Source of the DNA: Selaginella moellendorffii
Taxonomy: Eukaryota; Plantae; Lycopodiophyta
NCBI RefSeq assembly: GCF_000143415.4
Contig: NW_003314298.1
Location: 727,014-791,013 of the forward strand
Length of the DNA stretch: 64,000 nucleotides
Direction: 5' to 3'
Shown here: positions 12,723 through 23,803 of the stretch, one piece after another
Numbering within the stretch: the first letter of the stretch is position 1
How the letters are laid out: each line of letters starts with the position of its first letter
Made by a program: the position numbers and the translations under genes
Notes under the pieces: generated by a model
The model's database searches: none
Told to the model about the DNA's origin: nothing
What the model saw: only the letters and a program-made list of their open reading frames with translations

Positions 12723-14877
12723 GTAGCGATCTCACAAGCTCCTTGACGGCTCTTCTAGATTGCATTTGCTATCAAGCTTGTTCACTGTCATGGTCATAAA
12801 AGGTCATTTTAAAGCCAAAAATTCTCCTTCACCAATGGTAGAAGTTTCATCCATTATACCATCAGCCGACCCCATTGTCGAAATTGCCCCCCTTGGAAAA
12901 TCTTGCATAATACAGTTTATGAATGAGGCACAATGAAGCAAAGGATTAAATTGCCAATTGGATCTTATTTTAAATTTTTACTTGAGATGCAAGGAGAAGA
13001 GTTTATGGTCTGCTTATTACTAGAGCATCACCACTTTGTTTAGATCCTAACTATGTTCTATGGAGATTGCAGTGTAGATGGGACAGCACTAATAATAACA
13101 ATTTCATTATAATTATTATATTTTTTTGTAACATTTGTGAATATTTTTGTGAAAAAATATTTTACTATTGAATTGACATATTACTGAATGAGAATGAGTG
13201 TTAAGAATTTTATTCATCTCTTTCTGGTTTTTTACAATTACTTAACAAAGACATTCAATTAAAATGTAAAGTTTTATAAAAATTTATATAAATCAAGAAT
13301 GATTTCATATTTCATATCAAAAATATTTTATTAATTTCAAATTACTTTCACAATTGTTTTTAGCAAAAAATTCTTTTCTTATGCTAAAATGACTAATTAT
13401 TTATATTAAATGATACTTCAATATGTCAAAGCATAACCCAAAAATATGTTTATTACCATCAGGGGATAAATATTCTTTTATATTTGGATTCATGAAATTG
13501 ATAGTTTAAATGTAACACTCTTTTATAAATAATTGTTACTATTTATATATAAAAGTTTCATGTTTGCATCAATTATGGTGGCTTAAATATAATTAATTTT
13601 TATACTTTATGGATTGGAAATGTAATCTCCAATTCATTATTTTCTTAGCTTTGTGTATTATTTTATATAATAATAATTATTATGCAAATGCACTCATTTA
13701 GATGGCAGGAAAATTAAAAAAATTTATTACTTGTTGAGATGAGGTGATGAGCACTTGTGTGATGGGGCGAAGCATTTGTACTTTTAACTTGACTAGATTT
13801 CATAGACTACCAATACATTTGTCAAGTTTCTAGAAATTAAAGGAAGGAATGTTTTTCTGCTTACACAAAAATGTGATGGTACCCGAGAAAGACCACGAAA
13901 CGCACGAAGGCTCGCATTCGCAGCATCAGTTAAGCTCAGAATTTTCTTAGAGATATAGTTTTGGATTTAGATTTAGACTCATCGAGAGAGAAAAACACAA
14001 GTACGACCACTTCAAGTTCATGCGTGCACAGTTCAAAGTGATCGACTAAAATTCTTCAATCCTCTTTTCGTGATTGGATCCATTGCAGAAGGAAACAAGT
14101 TTCTCAACTAAAAACAGCAAAGGGATGAGAAACAAAGCCGGGAGAGCACCATCCTCTTGGACGGATAAATTGGGGGACATCTCTTCCAGTCAGGTAGAAC
14201 TCAAAGATTCTGAATAACTCTGCGTTAGAAGAGCATCTTAATCTTAGCTCTCATGTATCGCAAGCGGCCTCTTTGACTTCTGGAAGTGTGGAGTATTCAT
14301 AGATCCAAGAACCACCAAGTCCCTAGTTCTTCTCTGGAAAAAAATACTTCCAGCTTGCCAGCAGGCCCAAGCTTGAAAATCAAACCATGATTGGTGTCTT
14401 GACGCCGGGCGCCCAAGACGGAAAAACCAAACTGGGGTTTCCCTGGCGAGCTTTTTTCTTTTTGAAGGTTTCGGTTCCTCGCTTGGACCGCAACGCGATT
14501 CGCGCCAAGGTGCAGCACCAGAGCAACATCTCTATGAAGCACTTTCCACACTTGCCATTGTGAAAATAACCGAACATTCCAATAGGTGTGGAGTCCGCCC
14601 CGGAAAGCAATGGCTGCGTCGGGAACTTTCCCGAACAGATCTCCGAGAGGGTTGAAGCTTTTCGAAGTCGCGAAACTATGTTTGTCTTCTCAAAGCGGGA
14701 ACGTTTTGGTCCTTCGAGAAAAACGAAAGATCAAGCCAAGAACAATTATTCTTTCTAGATTGCATTTGCTTTTTCATTTGGAAAGCTGTCTGAGACAATT
14801 ATTCTCCTGAATGTCCTGTGCTTAACCAAAAACTTCCAAACTAGAATGGATTTAAATTCTTGAAAATCATGCCAAAA

Positions 14878-15861
14878 TCAAACATGGCATAATCCTAGCA
14901 CAAACCCAAATATATTTTGAAACCCCCTGCAAACCCTTTGAATATCATTTCTTCTCCATGTTTTTGTTTGGTAGTTGTACAAAGCCAAAAAATCTGGATG
15001 TGCAATCAAAAGTATGTTGTTATAAGCCATACATACAGGTTCCACAACATCGTTCCATTGATGAGTAGTTTCTTCAACAAAACCTGTAGAATCCAGTTTC
15101 AATAAGTAACATGTAGACTCAGTGGCAGTTGTCACAAATAAGGATTTTGCTGTTACTACAAGGGTATCAAAGCTAAAATATTCATCTGTCATACGATAGC
15201 CACGATGGTTCCGTGTTGTCATAAGATTAGATAAGTTACTATTACACAAATTGAGGCACCACACCTCAACATCCCTTGATAACTTTGTGCAGTATATATA
15301 TAATTTGTTATCCTTGATAATTGTATCAAATAACGTATCACTATGTACTAGAACTTTGTTCCACAATCCTGTTTTCCCTGAATTATATATATAAATCATA
15401 ACTCCTTGCTCCACCTCTCTAAGTACACAAGCCCAATAGTACTGTCCAGATGAATCCATCCCCATTGCAGTCTCCTTAGAACATGGTTCACCATCCAAAC
15501 AAAGTGGTGGGAGCATCTTAGATGCTCCAGTGAGAGGATTCCAGACCATAAAATCTTTTCCTCTCATCCCAAGTATCAAACCACCGCTAGAGTTCAAAAC
15601 ACGATCCATGTTATGCTCCATGAGAACCCAATCACTTGCTTCTTGCCCCGCAAAGGGATTGCATCTGAAAAGAGGCCCTTCACCATCCAGATCTTGACCC
15701 AAAACATGAGGAGGACTACGATTCAAGTGTTGTGTGTAGTGAATAGCAGCAAATCCCGGTGTCTCTATGAGATCCTTCCATTTCTTGCACACGGCTCTCG
15801 CGCGCCACAAAGCAACTGCTGGCAAGCGCTTGAGCACCTCCTCAACTGGGATCCAATCCAT
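14878..15861 (-). CDS. Intronless F-box protein (327 aa)
   Basis: MDWIPVEEVLKRLPAVALWRARAVCKKWKDLIETPGF F-box, followed by SSGGLIL..FMVWNPLTG..KMLPP, typical of plant F-box-associated regions. The ORF is intact. Confidence 0.88.
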   Translation of the reverse strand: MDWIPVEEVLKRLPAVALWRARAVCKKWKDLIETPGFAAIHYTQHLNRSPPHVLGQDLDGEGPLFRCNPFAGQEASDWVLMEHNMDRVLNSSGGLILGMRGKDFMVWNPLTGASKMLPPLCLDGEPCSKETAMGMDSSGQYYWACVLREVEQGVMIYIYNSGKTGLWNKVLVHSDTLFDTIIKDNKLYIYCTKLSRDVEVWCLNLCNSNLSNLMTTRNHRGYRMTDEYFSFDTLVVTAKSLFVTTATESTCYLLKLDSTGFVEETTHQWNDVVEPVCMAYNNILLIAHPDFLALYNYQTKTWRRNDIQRVCRGFQNIFGFVLGLCHV

Positions 15862-16089
15862 GACTACCCTTACCTTGACCTAACGGCGATAGGGTTTGAC
15901 CTTTCTTGCTTTAAAACAAGGGAAAAGGGGAGAGAAGGGTACAAGCTGCAAGAATGCTGAAAACAACGACCGTGATCTGGATCACGAGCTCGCAAAGAAG
16001 GCCTTGCAGAGTTATATCCTGTGGTCACGGCCATCTTTGAGCGCCACGCTCTTGGACTTATCTTGGTAGACGAGTGTTTTCTTTTATTC

Positions 16090-16620
16090 AAGGTACGTTC
16101 TCCAGTGGCGATTGAACCAGAAGAAAGCGCTGTTCTCGGGACTTCCTGTAGGCACTGGAAAGCAAACTTACACTCTGACGAACTTTAGACTCGCTCGTGT
16201 CCTTCGTCCATGATCCAGGAAGATAAACTTGTCGGTGTTGGAGCTTCTTTTCCCAGCTGTAAACGTCACACTTCTCGGTAATGGAAGTGTCAAGTAGCCG
16301 ATTGCTCTCCAGACCGGTTTTAGCTGACACGATCCTGTGCGCTTGGAAACGAATGAAGCTTCAAGTTGAGGTGAATCTCCATGCATTCTCGTGCAAGTAA
16401 GCCATTCCCATCAACTCCAAGACATTTTCCGCGTAGATCCATCTGTCAACCGTTTCCCATATGCTCGTAGATACCATCCTTAATCACAAAAACCGAGCAA
16501 TGAAAGTTTGCGAAACCAAAAAATTACCAAACAGAGCAGTATTCCAGTTAAGGCAACACTCCACACAGCAGAGAGCTTCTCACAAAGAGGCAGTAGCAAC
16601 ACTAGTTAGTAGCCTCAAAA
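16090..16620 (-). pseudogene. Heavily deleted receptor-like kinase fragment (second copy at ~26590-27100)
   Basis: Residual motifs YEHMGNG, GMAYLHE and ITEKCDVYSW, plus an upstream hydrophobic segment (ILLCLVIFWFRK), broken by stops and frameshifts. Confidence 0.55.
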
Positions 16621-16699
16621 CAAGAGCTGGATGAGTCGAGCCCGTTACGTACGTCTTTGGAGAGCATCATCACAGATTGTGGAATCCTCGTGCTTTGCT

Positions 16700-18730
16700 G
16701 TTCAAAAATTTTTCGAAGCGTTCCTTCCTTCTTTGCTTTGTGAAGGTTTTGGATGAGATGTAGCAGTTGCAAAGGAATTCTGTTCATGAGAAAGATTGTA
16801 CCACAACCTGTTCTTCCTTCTCCAGAAAATGAAGCTCCTGAATACCTTTGCCATCCGATCCCAGTAACCTCGAGAATCGGCAATGAAGACTCGAGTAGTA
16901 AACACTTCGTGAAGATGTGAGATTGTTTCAAGAAAAGCTGAGTGTTCAGATGTTGCATGCGTTTTCGCATGTCGGGTTCTCCAGCGACTTCTCTTGTATA
17001 TTCCAAAATGCTTTTCTCGGATGGAGCCGCGCCTGATGTCAAAAAAGAAAGTAACGAAACTTCTTACAATATCTGCTAGCTTTTCCACAATTGCCTGGAG
17101 TGTCCTTTTTTCGCAATGCAACCGTCACTTCGTTAAGCCGCATCTTGCGCCGTCAATAGGAAGGCATTGCTTTCATCTGCAACTGCGATCTAAACTACTT
17201 ACCTGGTTAGTTAGGCACACTATGTAGTGTCAGAGACCTCCGCCTTGCTAGCTTCTACAAAGTGACCTTTGGTACCATCACTTTGGCACCTCTGTGTAGT
17301 GCGTCTCCAACGCTGTTAAGATGGCATAAGCCACCGCCTATATGTTAAAAAATCATTGAGAATCAATAATAATCTGGTCACCCTTACATTCACTAGAACA
17401 AATGTGTACCCTGGCCAGGAGCTGATAATCACGTCATCCTCACCAAATGTTTCTGTCATTCTGTCATAACCTCTTCAACAAAGGCGCAGTACCGTGTCCT
17501 GGAGGAATTTGTCAGATAAGCAGAAGTGCTTAACTTGCAAACTTCCAATAATTTTCTTCGACGTGAAAAAGGCTTTACCTCCGCAATATTCCATAAATAC
17601 AAAAGTCCTGCTTCTTACTTTACGACAAGGGGAGCCGATTGCAAACCTCCACATTATAGATGCTAGCGAGCGGCAAACAACAGCTTGAGCCTGCTACAAC
17701 GGAAGTTCAGAGTAGAGTACCTCGGAAGTACATGTTGGTTGTGGATATCCACGTCCGTAGGAATCTCTGAGATTTTTCATTTAAAGGCATGCGTTGATCC
17801 ACCAAAAACCCGTCACTTGTAGTCGCAACAAAGCCATCAGTTTCCGCCATGAGTCGCTTGCATCTTTTCCTCGCAGGAGTCTAATCTGAAACCACGTGAG
17901 AGAAAGAAAATCATCTTGAACGACATACTCTCGACAGGCGCAAGCAGCGCTTCGGAATTACTTCCAGGCAAGAACTTCGGTGCAGCGACACCAGATGGCG
18001 GCTGAAAGAAATAACAGGGAGGCGATGCCTCGTCAAGATAATTCTCAAAAACAAAAGCCAGAAGCTGGGAAAGTTGCTCTTCAACACCTGCAAAAATCCG
18101 TTTCTAGCGAGCCATAATCCTAAGTACTCATTTCTGTTGCGGCTTACCTCCTGTCGTTTAGGCTCACTCTCATCCCTGGCAGTGATTATAAGAATGAACA
18201 GCTCATAATCAATCGTAGGCAATCTTCCCAAATGCAAGGTACCTGAAAGACTCCATTGTGACATCGAAAGCGTAACGAGTTTGGTATAAATGACTGAAAC
18301 ACCGTAATACAGTAAACTCCATTGCCAGGACCCATACAATCGTAGTCTTCGCCGTCCAAAATGGTGCACTTTCGTAACAACCTCCAAAACGCGACAGTCT
18401 CCCCCACTGAAAAAGATAAACGCAAATAGGAAAAGTGAAGAAAAACGGCAAAATTTAGTAACCTTTCCCAGGCCAAGTTCCGATGATGTACTGATAAACA
18501 GCTGCAATTTTCCAACGCATTCATCATCGTGCTCCCTATAGACTGGCCACCATGGCACACGGTCGCTCTGAAACATTCACGGGTACCTGGTGCACAGAAA
18601 AAAGAGAAAGTACCATAGAAAGCAAAGGACCTGTTCCACAGCACTCTTTGGATCCAACGTGCGAAGTGCAATGTATTCGTCCATATATTTCTAGATGATC
18701 AGAATTCATACTTGACATAAAACCGAAAAG
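16700..18730 (-). pseudogene. Fragmented gene resembling the Arabidopsis At4g24610/At5g48310 family (second copy at ~27190-29330)
   Basis: Motifs DRVRWWPIYRE..ECVGKLQLFIST, VGETVA, LEV..KVHHF.RRRL.LYGSWQW..YYGVS..YTKL, LQAIVEKLAD and ISHLHEVFTTRVFIA.SRGYWDRM. Multiple frameshifts. The family assignment is from memory. Confidence 0.6.
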
Positions 18731-18920
18731 CATAGGTTACTCACCACAGTAGGCTTCACTCCCCTGGAAGCCTGAAGAAAGCCTTGTCAAGCTGTTTGGT
18801 GAAGTTCTGCCTGGCTTTGTCACTCTTCGCCTCGTGTGGAGCTTCTGTAGAAACACCAGTCGGTTTTCAAGTATATCATCCCATGCTTCACGTCATCTCT
18901 CTCAGTTGAGGGCCAACTCA

Positions 18921-20382
18921 GACGCCATTTGCTCCAAAAACCTTCTAAAACATTTTAGCAAGCAGATATTACGAAATGTGCTGTACCTTGAAATGTTCGA
19001 CCAGCGTCCAGTTCCACAGCCTTGTAATCTTTGGCCAAGTAGGATCATTCTCGTCAGCAGATGCTGCGACTTGTGTGCCAAATCGCTGCAGAAGGACGTT
19101 CCTTTCGGTGGAATCCCCCAAACACGCCAGTTGTTGGTCTCCTTGTGGAGTCTCTGCATACGAAGCAAAAGGCATTTTAGAGCACAGGGCCAGCATACCG
19201 CTGATAGCCTTCTCAGCTCGATCGGTACCATCTTGTACATTTCTAAGCGATCCGCAGGATTCCTTGACGTGGTACAAGCGCCGTACGTTTGAGATGAGTG
19301 TGGCCAGTGCCAAAATTCTATGGTATTGAAAGACATGTGAAAACCTTCAAAACCTTTACTACCACCAGACTTACATGTCCTTCTCCTTGAGATTTTTTCG
19401 GACACCCTTTCGCCCTTGAAAGCAACAAGGTACGCTTAAAAATTTAGAAATACAAATTAAGCAACAAGGTACGCTTAAAAATTTAGAAATACAAATTACC
19501 AACACATGCTTACGGGATAAACTCGATCCGATCCCCACGAAGAAATCTCACACGGGAGGAGAATTTGCGAGCTTGTTCACCTTGACTTGGAGCTCTGTGG
19601 CCCGCACCCTCTGTAGCATACATGAGCCAAGTATCTGGGTGATGCAAGCATACTTTCCCGAAGGCCTTAACACTCTTTTGACCTGTCCAAAAAAACTGTC
19701 ACTCTCGAGAAAAGAACGAAGTACGAAATGGAAAGGAAAAGTAAACGCACCTCTGATAGAAAGCGTTTCCCGGACGTGTGATCTTCATCCGCCTGTCCAA
19801 GCACAGCACGAATCATTCGAGAACTAGAAAGCGAGTAAAACGCATTGATCGAGAGCAAGAAGATAGATTCACCTGCATTTTCGTCGCGTGATTCGAGCGT
19901 TTCAAAGTCGCAAAACTTCTCCTGAAAACATTTTCCTTCTCTATCGCAGCGATATTTTGCTGGAAACATTGGTGTTGGTCGTTCATAAGAAAAGAACTCA
20001 GAAAAACACTCACATGATCGGCCGGACAGATCTCTTTCATAGCAGATAGAAAACGTTCCCCGGACGTGTGATCTTCATCCGCCTGTCGTCCAAAGGAGTA
20101 ACTCAGCTCAATCGAGAAAAGAAAGTTACCAAGAGAGAAAGCCCCGCTGCCAGGCCGCCAATCTTGCTTGTGAATCTGTATCACGCTACTAGGATGTGCT
20201 CAGAAACTTACAAAAACGAGTTTCTATTACAAAAACGATTGATCTCTTCCCTCAGTCTTGAGAAAGGTAGCACATATCGCACTCGACAGTAGACGCTGGG
20301 AAGTTGGCCATGAAGGCCGCTACTTTCTGCGTCACCTGCTCACGGAGAACACGAAGACGCCGAAGGAACTCTGGCTCAGATC
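18921..20382. repeat. Left arm of a long inverted repeat (partner 29570-30928), containing METTL13 exon/intron fragments
   Basis: The reverse complement of 18921 onward matches the sequence ending at 30928. ORFs 18969-19313(-) and 30628-30879(+) are homologous. 19640-20080 resembles parts of 6920-7590. Confidence 0.9.
19420..19497. repeat. Perfect 39-bp tandem duplication
   Basis: aagcaacaaggtacgcttaaaaatttagaaatacaaatt occurs twice here but only once in the inverted partner at ~30393-30432. Confidence 0.95.
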
Positions 20383-21009
20383 GACAGCTTCCTGACACCA
20401 TGACGCGAATCTTCACTCCACGTGCAGTCACGCGGAGTTCCCGATCTCCACCGACTGCCCTCGTGAGCCTGTACGAGAACCCTTCCAACTGGCCAGCCGC
20501 ATGGGCGAGTTCCAGCAGCGGCTCATCCTCGCTATCGACTTCTGGTTCCTGCCCTGAAAGAAAAGACATCAGCCACCAAGAAAAAAGATGAAGAACAAAA
20601 ACCAGAAAAGAGGGTAACGATGCGGGAGAGCTCCTGCTTGCATCGGAGATCTTCATTTGTTGCTGCCATGAGCGCCATCATCAGTGCACCGCAATCGGCC
20701 CGAGTCGCATGTCCTCCCTTCGTGGCTGGGCCGGGAGGAAAAACACCTTGGAAGCTGCATTGTTAACAATGCAAATGAGAAGAAACTCTTAACGGAATTC
20801 AAACCGTTGCTGGAGCACTCGTTTGACACCTCCAAATTTGTCGAGATGGATCCTTGCCGGATCAGCCGTGAGCTCTCGAGCAGCCATCGCTATCGCTCTT
20901 TCGGACACCATAGCCCTACTTTGGTGGCTAGAACCCTAAAAAAATATCAAGCAAACCTAAATCTGAGCCGTTGATTGAGCTTGTAGGGTTTTCCAAAATC
21001 AAACTTTTC

Positions 21010-22370
21010 TCCGTTGGTTCTCAAAAGAAATCAGCCGCTGCGTTTGCGTCCCTGATCGATCGAATGATCTCGCCTAGCCACCATCATTGGCGACTGTGAG
21101 CTTAGGAGACCGGCTTCGTCCACGGCTCCGCCGATCATTGGGACTCCCGCTCCGGCCCCTGCTGTAGCTCCGGAAGAGATCCTCTCTATAGAGTCTATAG
21201 CCCCCATTCTCGAAGCTGATTGTGCCGTTGTTGGTAACAGGAAACCTTGCGAGTGGCGCAGTAGCAGCAGCCCAAGAGCCTGCTTGTCTGTTAAGAAGCT
21301 GTTGGCCAGAAATCCTCCCAGTGGTTGTGGCGTGGCTTTACAAAACCGCCTCGAAGTGCCATCTCTCTCAGCTCTGGTGGGACTTTCTGGTTCGCACCCT
21401 CCCTCGAGGACTTTGATCAAGTCCCTAGCGTACTTCCCGTCTTGCTCGGCAAAACAAGTGTGAGCCAGGCCAGTGGCACCAGCTCGGCCCGTCCAACCAA
21501 TGCGGTGGACGTAGTCCTCCACACCGGTGGGAAAGTCGTAGTTAATGACAACTCTGCAATCCAAAGAACTCCAAAGTCAGCAGAGGGAAAGAAGAAAAAA
21601 CAGCCCTCTTTGATATCCAGCCCTCTTGCTGCGACATCGACATCGGTGGCAACAAGAACAGGTACCCCGCCTTGTGACTTGTCACCATGGATGGCCACTC
21701 CCTGCGCAGTAGTTGATCCACATTCGCTTTTTGAGCAGAATATGATGATCTTGGACCCAGGCTATTGATTAATCCGCTCCAGCTTTCGTCCTTCGTCTTG
21801 AGGCGAAACAATTTCTACGCACCGCACCGATTGTTAGCGCAAATACCAAAACAATTTCCAATGTTCACCTGGATGGGATTCCTAAGCAAGTCTCCAGCAA
21901 TATTTCTCATACCGTGCTTGAAATCCTGGAGGATCTCCCGAACTTGAGAGCTTCCTCATAGCTAATTCTCGAGTTGTTCCTTCCTCGAATGCTGGTAGCA
22001 ATTACCCCAGCATTTTTCCAGATAAGGACGTTTCTAGTCCCATAAGAACTATAAGGCAACTTGATAAGGTTGCACCGGCGAATGCAGTGAAGGATTGGTC
22101 ACTTCTCCCGACAACCTCCAAACCCGGCAAATGAGCATTGGAACAAATGAAAAGCAGCACAGCCTACAACATATGCTCCATTCTGGAGCAAATATCGCAC
22201 CTTAAGAGCAAACAGCAACGTATGTATACACTGCACGACAGAATGCACATACCTCTGTCAGGACTTCATCTGGAAGGATTCGAAAACTACGAAAGGAGGT
22301 GGTTCCCTCAAACAGAAAGGCCAAGGTGATGTTAAGAGCTTGCAATACCAAAGTATTAATGAAAGACATT
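21010..22370 (-). pseudogene. Deletion-riddled, intron-retaining copy of the DEAD-box helicase gene at 36991-39744
   Basis: [34 protein letters not shown] and [17 protein letters not shown]. Colinear with 36885-39190 but with many small deletions. Confidence 0.9.
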
Positions 22371-22404
22371 TATCTCCACTCCGCTAACCACCGTGTCTCG
22401 TCGA

Positions 22405-22960
22405 CCTCTGATCTTCAAGTCGGCTCGAAGATGCTCATCGCGTCGTCGTACCGCTAGTTCTCCACCAGCTTGTGGACGAAAGTATTGAGCCGAGTCCTCA
22501 CGTCCAGCACCGAGAACATCTTGTCCGCGACTTTGAGGGCGTCGTCCAGGCGGTCCCTGAGCGTGGAACGTCCCTTCGTGGTGTACTCCAAGCTTGTCCG
22601 CCCGGCACAGCCCGTTGCCCAGCTGGTTGTATCCGGCGTCCAGCAGCCTCCCTCGAGCGGTGTGCTCGAGCTCATCCCGTCCTCTCGGTCGCAGCGCATG
22701 AGGAGCAGCCGGTTGAGAGCCGACCCGTGCGGAGTGAATCCACGCTCGGTCATCTCGGCCAGGACCTCGTCGTTGTTCTTGGAGTTGATGTAGCCGATGT
22801 AAGTCGCCGAGTAGGCCATCCTCTGGACCTCCGGGAGGTCACTGAGCTCGCTGGCAACCTCCAGCTTCTCGCCGTTGCGAAGAACCGTGATGAACCGATG
22901 GACGGCCTTGCTCTCGGCCGGGCCCAGCGGAAGAGCGGCAGAGCAAACTCGGCCATGGCG
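22405..22960 (-). pseudogene. Partial deleted copy of the P-type PPR gene at 35152-36714
   Basis: AESKAVHRFITVLRNGEKLE..LSDLPEVQRMAYSATYIGYINSKNN..DRLDDALKVADKMFSVLDV matches 35485-36205. Confidence 0.9.
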
Positions 22961-23803
22961 CACTGGCAAGCGATGCCTGTCTTTTCTTGCTTGAAACGCT
23001 GTTTCTCTCCGCCATCCGGTCGAAGACCCGGATCGCGTCTCCCTCGCCAGCCTCTTCCTCCTGTTCTTGAGCAAGGACGTGAGCATAGCATTGCTCACAC
23101 CCCCTCACCACGGAGAGTGACCCAGACCGACCCTGATCTACTTTGTGCTCAACGTTTGCATTGAATGTTTACTTGGTGTTTATTTCCGATAATTCTTTTC
23201 CGGGTTTCCCAGTTCTGCTTGGTGATGTGTTTATGCTGATTGTCATATATGTGTGCTTGGACCACGGCATTCTGATAGCTTCCCTGGGCATTCTTATTTC
23301 ATCACTAGCCAATTCGCTTTCGAGCATTTTACTTCCTTGTACTTCCTTTTGCTCCGCAGTCTCTTTGATTTCCTACCACCTAGTTTCGTGCTGACAGACG
23401 ACTCGCTGTTTACGCCGAATCGGCAAAATCTGGTCTCCGAGGGGATCAAACCTCCTCTACCAGACGGAGGATGATGAAGCCGAACAACATTCTGGCTTCT
23501 AGAGTTGATTGAGCTGGGTTACTCAGACAACATGTTCGCTCTGATCATGTTTGTCTATGAAAAAGTCTTTGCTGTGTGGCTGGTCTTGTCAATCTATGAA
23601 AATGAAAATGGAGGAGACTGATAAAAAAGATAGTGAGAGAGAGATTCCCTGTTTGACTTGCCTGGAAGTCGAGATAGAAAGTGTTAGGCAGAGCAGAGCG
23701 CGTTACAGATAACAAGACTTCCTTTCTCGTCAAGGAGCTCTGCCCAAGGCCTGAGTTCTCTATCAATCAGCAGTGTGGAGCATCTCCAGGAAAAATCAAA
23801 AGG

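Larger units (their letters stand above)
13736..18909. repeat. Segmental duplication, copy A (direct repeat of 23804-29517)
   Basis: Colinear identity from gagatgaggtgatgagcacttgt to ctcagttga. The ORF track shows paired, near-identical ORFs in both copies. Confidence 0.95.

Noticed and set aside
19420-19497. Possible CRISPR-like repeat
   Set aside because: Only two adjacent copies with no spacer, in a eukaryotic context. It is a simple tandem duplication.
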